From the NCBI GenBank assembly GCA_028534125.1, contig CM052817.1, forward strand, positions 40,240,001-40,304,000: 64,000 nucleotides of DNA, read 5' to 3'. A program made the translations under genes and the position numbers. The notes below the pieces were generated by a model, which did no database searches, was not told the origin of the DNA, and worked only from the letters and a program-made list of their open reading frames with translations. This DNA comes from Lama glama. Its lineage: Eukaryota. Every line of letters begins with the position of its first letter. Position 1 is the stretch's first letter. Shown one piece after another: positions 13,801-26,700 of the stretch.

Positions 13801-16800
13801 CTACCCTGAGTTTGACATCTTACTCTTAATTTATTTCAAGCATCTCTTTTTTTAATTAACTTTCATCTCTTTGTTAGATCACCATTTTCTGCCATTACCA
13901 ACTTTAACAGTTGATTCTCTTTTAGAATCTTTTTTCCCTACAAAGAAATAAAGTTGTATTTTTTTCAGGTACTTTTGTGATTTGTGAGCATTACTTAACT
14001 GCAAGAAAACAACAAAAGAGCAGTGTTGATAAGTGACATTGATCTTGCATGTTACTGTGTGGTGGGCATAATTCAAATCCCTGACTTGGTTAAATTGTAA
14101 GTTACACTATATGTAATGGACCTTTGGTGTTAGTCTTCAGTATTAGAAACCATGATGTCAAACCCTAAGGTGACAGGTTTTACTGTATAATACACAGCAT
14201 ATGAACAAATATCATATGAGCGATCAAGCTTACTTTAAGAAGATCAACATGCTGTCATATATAGTTGGGTGAACTCTGTTTGCTTTGCTTTCTTCCATTG
14301 CTTCTTATAGCCAAATATTGTGCAGCTTCGTGATAGACTTTGTAGAGCACAAGGAGAGCCTGTACCAGGACAACAGGAGTCATCTAAAATTCCTTATGAG
14401 AGGCAGCAGCTGCCCAAGGGCAGGCCTGGACCCGTTGCTGGTCACACACAGATGCCAAGAGTTCCAACTCAGCAATATTATCCCCATGTGAGTGATATGG
14501 TTCAGATAGTAACATTTATGTATTTCTGTTCAAATTGGTGGTTTTAGCTTGTTGGGTAAGAGACCTTATAATGTGTTTTTTTTTAATTATCCCTTTAATC
14601 TGGTCAAATAGATTATAAATTATATATAAATTAATCTAAGCTCTCTAGGGAGATTTCTTCTTATTTCTCCATCACTCAAACTTCTCTTACACATGCACAT
14701 CTGTTCTCTACAATTTGATTCATCTAACAAACAGTAAGTAAAGTAGTGGGAACAATTTTGTGAGTGATTTGGTTAATTTTTTTTAATGTTTTTAGAAAAT
14801 AGTAGTCCTTTTTTTGAGAATTATTTTTTGATTCAGTAGAACAGGTTTACTATGAACAGGTTTGCTTCTATATCAGCACAATACAAAGTATCCAGAATTC
14901 AAACTTATTTTTTTGGACAAGTTGTATCTTAGAGAAAAGCAAATGGCCAAAGGTTTATGAAAATGTGGGTCATGGGACATGTAAAGATGATTAAATGATT
15001 TTTATTAATTAATTCATTAAATTAAAATGACCAAATGGCATAAAATGTGGCCTCTTACTGTTTTTTTACTATTTCATGCAGCAATCTTTATTTCCAGACC
15101 AATAGATAACCTCATGTTCTTAAGTGAAAATTATATTTTCATAAGTAGTAAATGGTCTTGATTGATAACAAAATTAACTGGTACCCTCTCCATTTTAAAA
15201 TAGAATCAATTGCTGATAGAATTGACAGGGTCAGTTTTACATTTTGTTGTATCAGAAGTAAGCATAGAAGGATGAAAAACTAAAAAAAAAAATCATGCTC
15301 TTTTGTCTGTTGTACTTTTGGATAGTACTAATCAAGGTAGATCACATTTGTATATAGTTGTGACTGTAGTTTTGTTTTTTCATTCATTGGACAAATATGA
15401 GTTTAAGTGCCTGTCTTTATGCTACCCATTGAGGGTGTATGGGTAAACAAAACATTAAATTCCCCACTCTAGCGGAGATTGCACTAGACTTGCAAAGTCT
15501 ACAACATAGCTAGGGCATATCAGGTGATGGCTGGGAAAACTGAGAGATGGAGAAGTCAAGCGACTGACGAACCAGGGTTTTAAGACAGAGCTTGAATTTC
15601 TCTGTATCTCGTGGCTAGTTAATGGTTAACAGAATTAGAACTCCTAAGCTAAGTACCTTGAGTTCCACCTCACTATCTCGGGGCACTGAAGTAAGGCATT
15701 CTATGCTGAGAGAAGAGAATATTTACTCTTTATGTCCTTGGCTTTATCTGTCTTTCTGGCAAAATGTTAAAAAAAAAAAAACTTGAAAGACTTTGTTATA
15801 GTTCAACTTAGCAGTCTCATACTTTAAGAAAAGGAAAACAAGTTCAGTCATAAATTAAGTGGTGATTTTCTTTTTAAAACTCAATGATACACTGAATGAG
15901 AGCAGAGGCTTATGGTTTTACAGGCACGTATACAGGCAGGAGTACAGGGATGAAAGGGAGGCCAAATCAGCAGGCATTGCACTCCTGCTTAGACCAGCAC
16001 ATCTTTGCGACTGTTTATGGTAGAGTTTCTACGAAGACTTACTTGACAAAAAATATTTTGATGGCTTTAAAAATTTTTTATGAAAACCTCTGGACTCCAG
16101 GCTGAGCTCCATGGTGTGGTGCGGCAAACACTGGCCTGGGCCTCAGGACACTGGAATCAGTCCTCACTCCATTACTGAGTTGTATGGACCTCAGCCAGCC
16201 TCTTCATTTCTCTGGGCCTTGGTTTCCTTGATGATAAAGCGTGGGGATTAGACTGGATGATCTTTAGTATTGTTTGATTCTAAGCCTCATATAGGACTAA
16301 CATGATTTTTGTGGCTCTAATGAAATCCAGAAAAGGGAGCTTACAGCAATGTGTTTAGAGATCTGCTAGTAGCGTCAATATGATTAATGCTTCGAAATCA
16401 CTTTTTTACTCAATTACTTTTTTTTCCCCTGGAATGTCTTCTTTCCTTCCCTACTTACAGAGCCTACCTTTCCCCCCTTATTCTTGACACTTGAATGGCA
16501 TTGTTCTTTGTGCTTTGATTTAGTTTTCATACTGATTTTTCTGCTGTCTCCCTCCGCCCTTTTTATTGTGAATGTGTGTTTTCTTTTGGGACCCCAGCTA
16601 CCTTGAAAGCAATTGCCTGACTAATGTATGCTATTTTGCTGCTCTTATTTTTTGCTTTGCATCTGGCTATTGATGCCTTTTGGTTTTTTTTTTTCTCCTT
16701 TTAACATTATCATTTTTTATTTTCTGTGATTGGTATTTCTTTGTTCAATTCAGGTTAGAATTGCCCCCACTGTCACTACCTGGAGTAACAAAACTCCTAC

Positions 16801-19800
16801 CGCCCTTCCCAGCCATCCACCTGCAGCCTCTCCCTCTGACACACAGGTATATCCTTCATTATTCCTCTTTGAGCAGAATTCTGCTCACCTAAATATATAG
16901 TTATATATTCTCTACCCAGCTCCCTCAAGTTCCCATCCCCCTATCTGTCTATCTGCTTACTGCATTTTAATGCTTTTAAGATGCAAGAAGCAGTTTTTAG
17001 CACAGTTAATTTATTTTCTTATCCCTCTCCCTGTCTTTTGCAGTTCTAAATTGATTTGAACTAGAAAAACATCAACCAAGGTTCTAACAGTGGTTTAACG
17101 CTGAAGATTTTTTTTCTTTCTTTTTTTCCTTTTTCTTTTTTTTAATCATTGCAGAGAAGCAACAATTCCCTTGTGGCATTTATACTTATATTTCTGAGGC
17201 ATTAGTTGTGGATGGAATTTAGTAGAGATGGAAAATCCTAGATTTTATCATAAATATCATAGATACTGTTTTATAAGGCTATTAGCATCTCTTGCCATTC
17301 ATTGCAGTTATTACTTTGGACCTGTCTAATCTTTAAATCACTCAAAGTGTTGCTCAGAAAACGTGTCCTGAAGAAGATAGAATGCGCAAAATACAATATT
17401 TTTTATGCAAAGTTTAAAAAACAACAACAATTCCATTTTAGAGATTATAAATCCATCTGGTAAGGTTCTTGGTTCCAAATGTAATCCTCCCTTTTACTAT
17501 ATTCTCATTTCCTAGGGAGAAAATCCTCCACCTCCAGGTTTCATAATGCATGGAAATGTTAATCCAAATGTTGCCGCAGCTCAGCTTCCCACATCTCCAG
17601 GTCATATGCACACCCAGGTACCACCTTATCCACAGCCACAGCGTAAGTAGTGTGACCCTAAAGTTCTGTCACAGCAGCATGTCTCACCTAACATAGTCAC
17701 CATTTACTTTGAAGCTCCAAAGCCATGATCAAATCAATTTTAACAAGTAAAGAAAGAACCATTCTGTATTGGGCTTGAGTTCATGCTGTAGAGACACATG
17801 GTTTCCCTGAATCAACATACGAGGAAGCAGCTTCCCTGTCATTCCATTCAGAGCAGTTGACTCCTGTTCCTGAGCCTGACTAAGACCCATTAAAGAGAGT
17901 CAATTGTCCCATGATTTTGGTATAAAAAAATAGAATTTTAGGAATTATTTGGTACATATTCTTTTCCTTCAGGCAGGATAACAAGCCATTTTGGTAAAAG
18001 TGGTTCCAGGTGACATTTGTTGTTTTCCATTTACTTTATGATTATTATTTTTTAAAGAAATAGACTATTTTTTAGAGCAGTTTTAGGTTCAGAGCAAACT
18101 GAGTGGAAAGAACAGAAAGTTTCAGTATACCCTCTGTCCCCATGCACAATCTCCCTCCCCCACCACAGACATCCTACATCACAGTGATCCACTTGTTACA
18201 GTCAGGGAGCCTACAGTGATACATTATTATCACCCAAAATACATTACTTTAGAGTTCCCTCTTTGTGTTGTACATTCTATGAATTTTGACAAATGTATAG
18301 TAATGACATGTTTCCCCTATTGGCTTTCATTTTTTTTAGAAAATACTTAATACTTGGAAAGTAAAACATCACCACTATTTTAAAATTTAAAATGAGCAAA
18401 ACCCAAAAATCTCAAAAGGGAAAGTTATGTGACTGAATGAACTATTACAGAAACAAGAGGACATTACCTAGGAAGAACTAATCTTACTGAGCACGTTCTC
18501 TGCTAAGATGGATGTTCTTACTTAACATGAATACAGATTGAATATGGCTTTTCACTCAATGCTCAATATGAAAGAGCTGTCTTCAGAGTAGTACATTTCT
18601 ACTAGATTTCTTCTGCAGGGATTCATATCTGCCGCTGGTTACATGAAAGGTAATGGTATTTGGGTTCAGGTCTTTGCATTAAAACATTAATTGGCTCCCT
18701 GATGCTTACTCACTGTGAGAAATACAGTAATTGTTTTGTCAGAGATCATAGAGTTGCCTGTTCATCTGAAACTGTGTTCAAACTCAGAATTTGAGTAGCC
18801 GATGATTTTACTGTATGTTGGAGAAGATATTTGATTCACAACAATAATGCTCACTGTTGAGATCTTGAGCTGGCACCCAACTCCCTTACATTTCCTGTGA
18901 AGGGGACTGCTTTGGTGTGGTTTTTCCTGCGTGGTTCCATCTAGTGGCCAGTAGGTGTCACTGCAGTTTTTTCATAGGAGCAGGAAATCTCATGAAAGGG
19001 TCAAGTCTTAAAATTCCTGGGCCTGAATGTTCACAGATTTTCATAGCCAGCAGCAGCCTGGAGGTGGCAGGGTTCAAGTATTGGATCCAATGACTTTTGG
19101 TATAGTTAGGGCATCCAGACTGTCAAAAGCATAACATATTTTAAGTGGTACTGTTTGGTTGTAACTTACTGTTACTAGAAGAATGATGAAAGGAACGTCC
19201 TTAGAATGAGATAAGTTTGATTTTCTGTTGCTGTCTGAATAAATTTGTAACTAATTAAAATTTCTGTTTCTTCTCCTTGGTGTAGCTTATCAGCCAGCCC
19301 AGAAGTATTCCTTCGGAACAGGGGGGTCAGCAGTGTATCGACCTCAGCAGCCTGTTGCTCCTTCTGCTTCAAACGCTTACCCTAACACCCCTTACATACC
19401 TTCTGCTTCTTCCTACTCTGGGCAGTCTCAGCTGTACGCAGCACAGCACCAGGCCTCTCCACCTGCCTCCAGCCCTACTGCCTCTTTCCCCCCTCCCCCT
19501 GCCTCTGGAGCATCCTTCCAGCATGGCGGACCAGGAGCTCCACCATCATCTTCAGCTTATGCACTACCTCCTGGAACAACAGGTACACTGCCTGCTGCCA
19601 GTGAGCTGCCTGCATCCCAAAGAACAGGTCTGCGCTTGAAAGGGATTTGGTTTGGCTCCCTCCTTTATTTGTTCATGATCACATGGGTGGATGGAGGGGA
19701 GTTATTTCTAACTGTAAACTGGGTCATGTGAGGTATTGACTGAATTTTTTGTAACAGATTCTTAAACTATTTCTAAAAGTATGATTTTCCCATAGTGAAC

Positions 19801-22800
19801 TTTAGTTGCTAAATGAGAAAAGCTTTAGAGCTTTCAGAAGGGTAACTGTATAATCTACCATTGAACTTTATTTTAGTGGTGAGAAATTAGTTGGCAAGAA
19901 AGTACTGGTTGGAAATAGATTTACTTGACACTCATTTCTTTACTAGAGCAAAACCATGCTCTGTGTTCTTCCTGAGTTTTCAATTTAAAAAATTATTTGT
20001 GCCTTAAATTCATGGAGATTAAACAGTACAGGGTCTTAATGGGGTTGTACAAAATTTTAGAATTATGTTTATTTATAAAGTTGAGGAAGGATCTAGATAT
20101 GTGTATTGAAAGGAAAAAAGGGAGAGGACACAACTCTGACAGAATCTCTAGGCCAGCAGACAGGCAGTGTACAGTAGTGCAGTGATTCTCCGTTAGGGCA
20201 ACCCCCCCCAAACATTTTGAAAATTTCTAGGCATTTTTGCTGTGCTGGTTGTATTATAGTTCTACATGAAATTTTCTGTTTAAAATCATAACTTTAAAAG
20301 TATTTTTATAGTAAAATACACGTTTTATAAATTCTTTTTATCTCTTGTTACAGTTAAAGCATTACATTAATTTTTTGTAGATAGGTGATAGTATCTGATT
20401 TTCATTTGGAGATTATAAAGGAGCCTCAAAAAGAGATCAGTGAATCAGGGTTAAGAAGCACTAACATAGTGGTTTAGAATGCAGGCTTTGGAATCAGACT
20501 CCCTGGGTTTGTATCCCAGCTTCACTCCTTTTTAGTTATGTGACCTTGAATAAGTTACTTAACTTTAAGCCTCGGTTTCCTCATAATAATAATAATACCT
20601 ACTCATAAATTTATGAAGAATATTGAATACATTAATACATTTAGGGGCAATGACTGCAAAAAATAGCTGTGATTACACAAACCTCGCTCAGAATTAGAGC
20701 ACTGTGCTTTTGGTATTTGAAAATAGTTTCTCTTTCAGATTATAATTGGTGGTTTTGAACTAGAGGGGCAAAACATTTGCTTTCTCCTGATACTAAAGTT
20801 GCTCCTAGGAGTCCAATATGTATTTTTCTCTTTTTATCTGCTAAGCAACAACTTTAATTACTGAAAACATTTATTATAAAATAGGATTTACTGAGAAAGT
20901 ATTACTTCTAATAAAGTCTGTGGATGCAGAATTATATACATATCTCCTCCTCTCTTCTTTGATATATAATATTAAATTCCAGAGTACTAAAAATCACACA
21001 TTCGCACATATACAATATGTGTCACCCTTTACTGCACAAATAAAATTTATGTAATTTTCAATGCAGATAATTCAATAAATTGATATTTAGAGAGGAGTGC
21101 TAATTTAATTGAGAGTTCAAAAAGTTACCTTTTAAAACCTGAATGAGTTAAAACAGTATCCATTCTGAATAGTTGGGTAATAGAGTTCGTGAGTGAAAGC
21201 GGGATACAGGTAAATCCCCACATAGAAATGTGGTGCAGGGAAGTAAATTATCACTTACTGCACATACATTGGACATGTACCAGCACTTGCCATTTAAGTC
21301 TCACAACCATGAAAAACAGGAATTTTTTTTTTAATTGGCAAGAGGAAGCTTCAGTTTCCTAGGGTTATATAGTGTTTTCATAATTGTACAGTGATAGTCT
21401 CCAAGTAGAGATACGAACCCAGGTCTCAGCAGTCTTCAAAGCCCATTGTTAATTCTTCTTTACCAGATGGTCTAGTCCTGATGGAAGGAACAGAAAGCGC
21501 TATCAGTGTTGGAATTACAGAAGCATTTAGCATCACTATTTTAAGCATTTGTTACTTCATCGTCTAAATTAAATGTTTGCATGGGTATTTTTTCCTCCTT
21601 AAGCAAAAGTTCGTTTGGCCATGAGATAGTCTTTGCTTATGTACAAAGTAACAGTGTTCTAACCTGGCTGAGAAGCAGAGTAACTAATAGGAAGAAGCCA
21701 TACATTTTTCAGTATTCAGCATGGACTAAGCTAGCTGCTTTGTTGTCTCTTGCATGTTATTAGTCCCTGTATTTAAACTGTTACAGCTTTATCTTATTTT
21801 ATTTTTTGATTTCCTAAAAATTTTGCTTAGGTTATACAGATAATTGTGACTCAAAGTTTTATCTTTGTTTTAATATGTCTTAAATTATATCATGGTATTC
21901 TCTAGCATTTGGAAATTCCATTTGTCCAGTGGATTATTGATAGACATTAGGATTTTCAAGCCCTCTAACTATTAAGGAACCACAAGAATAAATGCCCATG
22001 GCTCAGAGAAACTAATATTGTAACTATCAAAACATTCATTCAGTAAATTCTTAATGAGACCTGTTCAGTCTATAATCAGAATTATGCCAGGCAGAGGTAA
22101 GGAGGCAGGAAAGAATGGTGCATTTCTGGTGAACAGCACACTGCTTTGTTATAAATTGGAATGTAAAATTTATATTTGGGCCAAATTTTGGAAAATATTT
22201 AATGTCAGGGCTAGAAGTCTATTATAGGAGTTGGAACTACCATGGGGCATGGTCAAAGTGGTACTTTTGGAAGGTTAATCTGGCAGTGGTCTTACAAGAT
22301 AGACTGTGGGCAACATGGCCGAGTCAGAGGCAAGGGAAACAGGCACTCTCCCACTTCTGGGTATAAAGTGGTAACAGCCTGAGTTAGAACAGTGCAACGT
22401 TGTTTCAGTGGTGACAACGCAACAAGCAGGAAGTTTTCCTGGTTTTACTGTCCAGGATAGTCTCAGATAGATAACGTAGTGCCCTTCCTTTCTTCCTTCC
22501 TTCCTTCCTTCCTTCCTTCCTTCCTTCCTCTTTCTTTTCTTTCTTTTCTTTCTTTTCTTTTCTTTTCTTTTCTTTTCTTTTCTTTTCTTTTCTTTTCTTT
22601 TCTTTTCTTTCTTTCCTCTCTCTCTCTTCCCTTCTTCCCTGGTTTAATGTGTGCTTGTTACTAAGGGAGAGCACTTTGAAATACAAAGGCCCAAGGATTT
22701 TACTCAAAAAAGTTTTCTGAAAAAATGACAGGCCTGTACACCAGAAATTGACACAACATTGTAAACTGACTATAACTCAATAAAAAAAAATTTTTTTAAA

Positions 22801-23713
22801 TGACAGGCTATCATGAAACTGCCTTTGAGTTAACAGTATTGATTTTGTTCAATGGAAAATCTCTTTGTAGTGTGTTCCTTCACATAGAAGAGTCTAGAAA
22901 GGACATAATACTGCATACTTTCATGAAACAGTAAAGTGCACTGAAAATTTTTTTTTAATTTTCTTAAACATTCCTTAGTCAAATTTTAAGTACCTTTTAT
23001 ATACAAGGTTTTAGCCTTGTATATAAAAGATGGGAGTATGATAGCCTTCTTTACTTTTCTTTGGATAATTCAGTTTTACCTTGTGTCATCGGAAAATGAC
23101 CTCAGGATTCATTCTTTCTAAATTTTAATTTTTAATTTTGTGACCTTTTTTTTTTAAATGTGACATGCTAGATTAACAGGGGAAGGGGGAGTCATATTGT
23201 TAACAAGTATGCTCTATTCTCTCCGTCTCAAATTATCTTCTAGCCAAAAGTCTTCATACTATACCACTAGTCTTTTTCTGTGAACCCACTGAAAACTATC
23301 TCAGCCGGTGCACAGATCCTATTGTTCTGCTCCTGCAGAAAATACCGACAGTAGTTCCCAGTGAGAAGTGACATCCAAGGAAGGACAGTAGCAAGTCCAC
23401 TTCTGTATGTGAGACTGAGCAGTTCTGTCTTCCTTCCCCAGAGACCCTCTGGAGAACTAATCCCTACTCTAAGGTGGATATGGGTCTCCAGTATCCAGTG
23501 ACACACATACTCAGGTTTTAAATTAATTTCTCCTTGATTTTTTTAAATCTTTTACTGTAGGATTTTGAAAGACCCCCCAAATAGAATAAAGAATAAAACT
23601 GAAATTACCTATAATTCTACCACCTATATATAACCACTAATAATTTTGGTCTATTTATTCCCTTCATGCACATATATACATACATATATACATATCTACA
23701 TATATACATAAAC

Positions 23714-23744
<31 letters not shown>

Positions 23745-26700
23745 TGAATGTATGTATTCATGTATTAAAATTTTTTTAATTTGGTAGAATACACACAACA
23801 TAAAAGTTACCATTTTAACCATCTTTAAGGGATACTGAGTACATTTACATTGTGGTACAATTATCACCACTAACTACAGAACTTTTTTGTCACCCCATAC
23901 TGAAGTTACGTAGCCATGAAAAACTCCCCATGTTCCCCAGCCCCTGGTAAGCACCACCCTACTTTCTGTCTCTGTGTATGTGTTCTAGATACTTCATATA
24001 TAAGTAGAGTCATACAATTTTGTCCTCCTGTAACTGTCGGTTTCACTGTGCCCAGGATTCATCTGTGTTGTAGTAGCATGGATGAGAATTTCCTTTTAAA
24101 GCTGAATAATATTCCACTGTATGTATATACCACGTTTTGTTTATCTATTAATCTGCACGTGAGCATTTTTTTTAATTGAAATACAGTCATGCACGTGGGC
24201 ATTTTGACTATTGTGAATAATGCTGTGAATATGAGTATACAAATATCTGTTCAAGTCCCTGCTTTCAGTTCTTTTGGATATATACCCAGAAGTGGAATTG
24301 CTGGATCAAATAATAATTCAATGTTTAATTTTTTGAGGAACCACCGTACTGTTTTCTGTAGTGGCTGCGCTATTTTACATTTTCACCAGCAATTCATTGA
24401 GTCTGATTTCTGCACATCCACACCAACACTTGTTTTCTGGCTTTTTTCTTTTAATTCTGGCCATTCCAGTGGTTGTAAAGATTGTAATATCTTATTGTAT
24501 GCATGCATTTTTAAAGAATTGAGACCATAACTCCCACACAAATACACTCACAATTTATATCTTACTACTTCTCCTAATATTACACCATGAACCATTTTCC
24601 ATTGCCCTTTAAAGTCATGTCATGTTTAAAAAGAAGGTAAGAAGGAGATTTATGCCCATTTTTATAGTTTTTTTGAAAGGGTTAAGACTTTTATCTTTTC
24701 TTAACAGTTTTATGAGAGAATGATGTCCAAGATTGGACTATGCTGTGTTGATTTTGTAAATTTTGACCTAGAGTATCATTTTGCACATCTATAATGAGCC
24801 CCCATGATACTGTCTCCTGAGATATTCATGTTCTTTGTGTAGCTTTACCTACTGTTGCTGTTAAAGTGTATCTCTATAAAGTAGAAGTCAATCTAATTGT
24901 GTTTTTTAAAAGTGATATTTAAACAATTTAAAGATACAAAAGCAAAAAGATTGAAAGGGGTTAGAATTATAGCTAAGACAAAGCTGTGTGTTAAATCGAT
25001 AAGAGATTCTAACAAGGATTTTCTGGGCTGAAATGAAACATGACTAAATATGATTCATGGTTTGATGTTAGGAGAAGCCAGTTAAGCATATATTTTGGAG
25101 GGAACTTTGATTATTGTACAACTGTTACTTTCTGTTCAATAGACAGCTCCAGCCTCAGGTTATGAGGGGTAGCCAGCTGGTTGTATGTTCCTGTTGAAAG
25201 TCTTTTTGTTTCTGATTTCATTGTTTCACTCCTAGCGTTCAACTTGATTTGATTTCATTATAACTTTGGTGTCATTTTACCAAAGGGTCATATGAAATTG
25301 TCTCATGTACTTTTTTGTCCTGCTAATGGTTGGTGACATCAGGATACCCTCTCCAGCTTTAACATCCAAGGATGAGGTCACTGCTGTGAGAAGTTAGAGG
25401 GAAAACTGGTCTCATCTTCTGCTCCTGCCTCTCAGGGGGCTGGGAAGGAGGGCATGTTGTTGAGACTGCTCCCTAAAAAAAAAGGGTCAAGGCCAAAGTA
25501 TTTTCAGTACTTCTAGGGTTTTAATTCTGTCAATCCCCCCACCATACCAAAATCTGAGGATGCTCACGTCCTATAAAGAGGCGCAGTATTTGCATGTAAC
25601 CTATGCCCATATACTTTAATCTCCAGATTGCTAGTAATACCTGATACAGTGTAAGTGTTATGTAAATACTTGCCACAAATCCACGTTTTGCTTTTGGGAA
25701 TGCTCTGGATTTTTTCTTTCCTGAATGTTTTCGATCCTTGGTGGGTTGAAACCGCAGATGTAAATCCTGGAGGTGGGCTGTATGTTGTTCCCCCTCGGGC
25801 TGATTAACTATGGTGCCATGAGATCATGTCTTGCATGGGGAGTTAGACTGTGAAGTCACTGTTTAAGACAAAAATAAGAAATCATTTACAGTCAGTTATC
25901 CTTGATCACTCCTTTCTTCCATTAAGACCCCACTGAAGAAGTTGGCTTATGGTTAGGAGCCATAATGTATGAAAAACATCTGTCCATAAAGCTCCACACA
26001 GTGAGATTTCAAACTGGGATTACCTCTCTCCCCTCACATTTTGCTGGGGCATGGGCTTGAGTAGAGCTCAAACTGAACTGAACTCACCTTAATTGCTATA
26101 TTCTCTTGATTCCTCTCCCCCCAGGTAAAGATAGTTGAGTTCCTGTAAGCTGTATGTCCATATGAAGAACCTCCACTGCATGCTTTTGATTGAAGGCTGG
26201 GCCTGGCCCAGCTGTGAATATCTGACAAATTTAGAGTTGCTCTGTTAGTTTTCAGCCTTCTTTCCTCTTGTCCACTGCCAGAACCTGTAAAGCTCTTAAG
26301 AGAATGCTCTTGGTTTCTGGAAGACTTATGCTAAACAGTCTGCAAATCTGTATATTTTTACAGAAAAGAGCATATGAAATGGTTACATATTTACTGGGCC
26401 TGTTCCCATTTATTGTCACACTCATCATGTGACCCAAGAAATTACAGTTTCTCCAGAATGCAGATACTTGGGGCTCCCCAAATCCGGCTGTAAAGTGGCA
26501 CCACCTTGTTAAGATTGTCTGACGTGCTTTTTATGTGACAAGCGTCGTGCTGAAATCTGCACAACAGTGTAGAAATCCTCCCATTTTTCTTTAAAACCCT
26601 GCTACTTAAAGTGGGTTTTGACCAACAGCCTTGGCATTACTTGGCAGCTAGCTGAAACAGTCCAGTCTCAGGCCCTATACTATACCTAGTGAATGAGAAA

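Noticed and set aside
16680..16892. 70-aa hydrophobic ORF resembling a signal peptide
   Set aside because: Its N-terminus is the polypyrimidine tract, and the real exon (16754-16846) is read in another frame.
22405..22707. 100-aa Lys/Glu/Arg-rich ORF on the - strand and the Phe/Ser/Leu ORF opposite
   Set aside because: Translation of the (CCTT)n/(TTTTC)n microsatellite.
23916..24530. 87-aa and 113-aa ORFs
   Set aside because: Antisense translation of a decayed L1 fragment.
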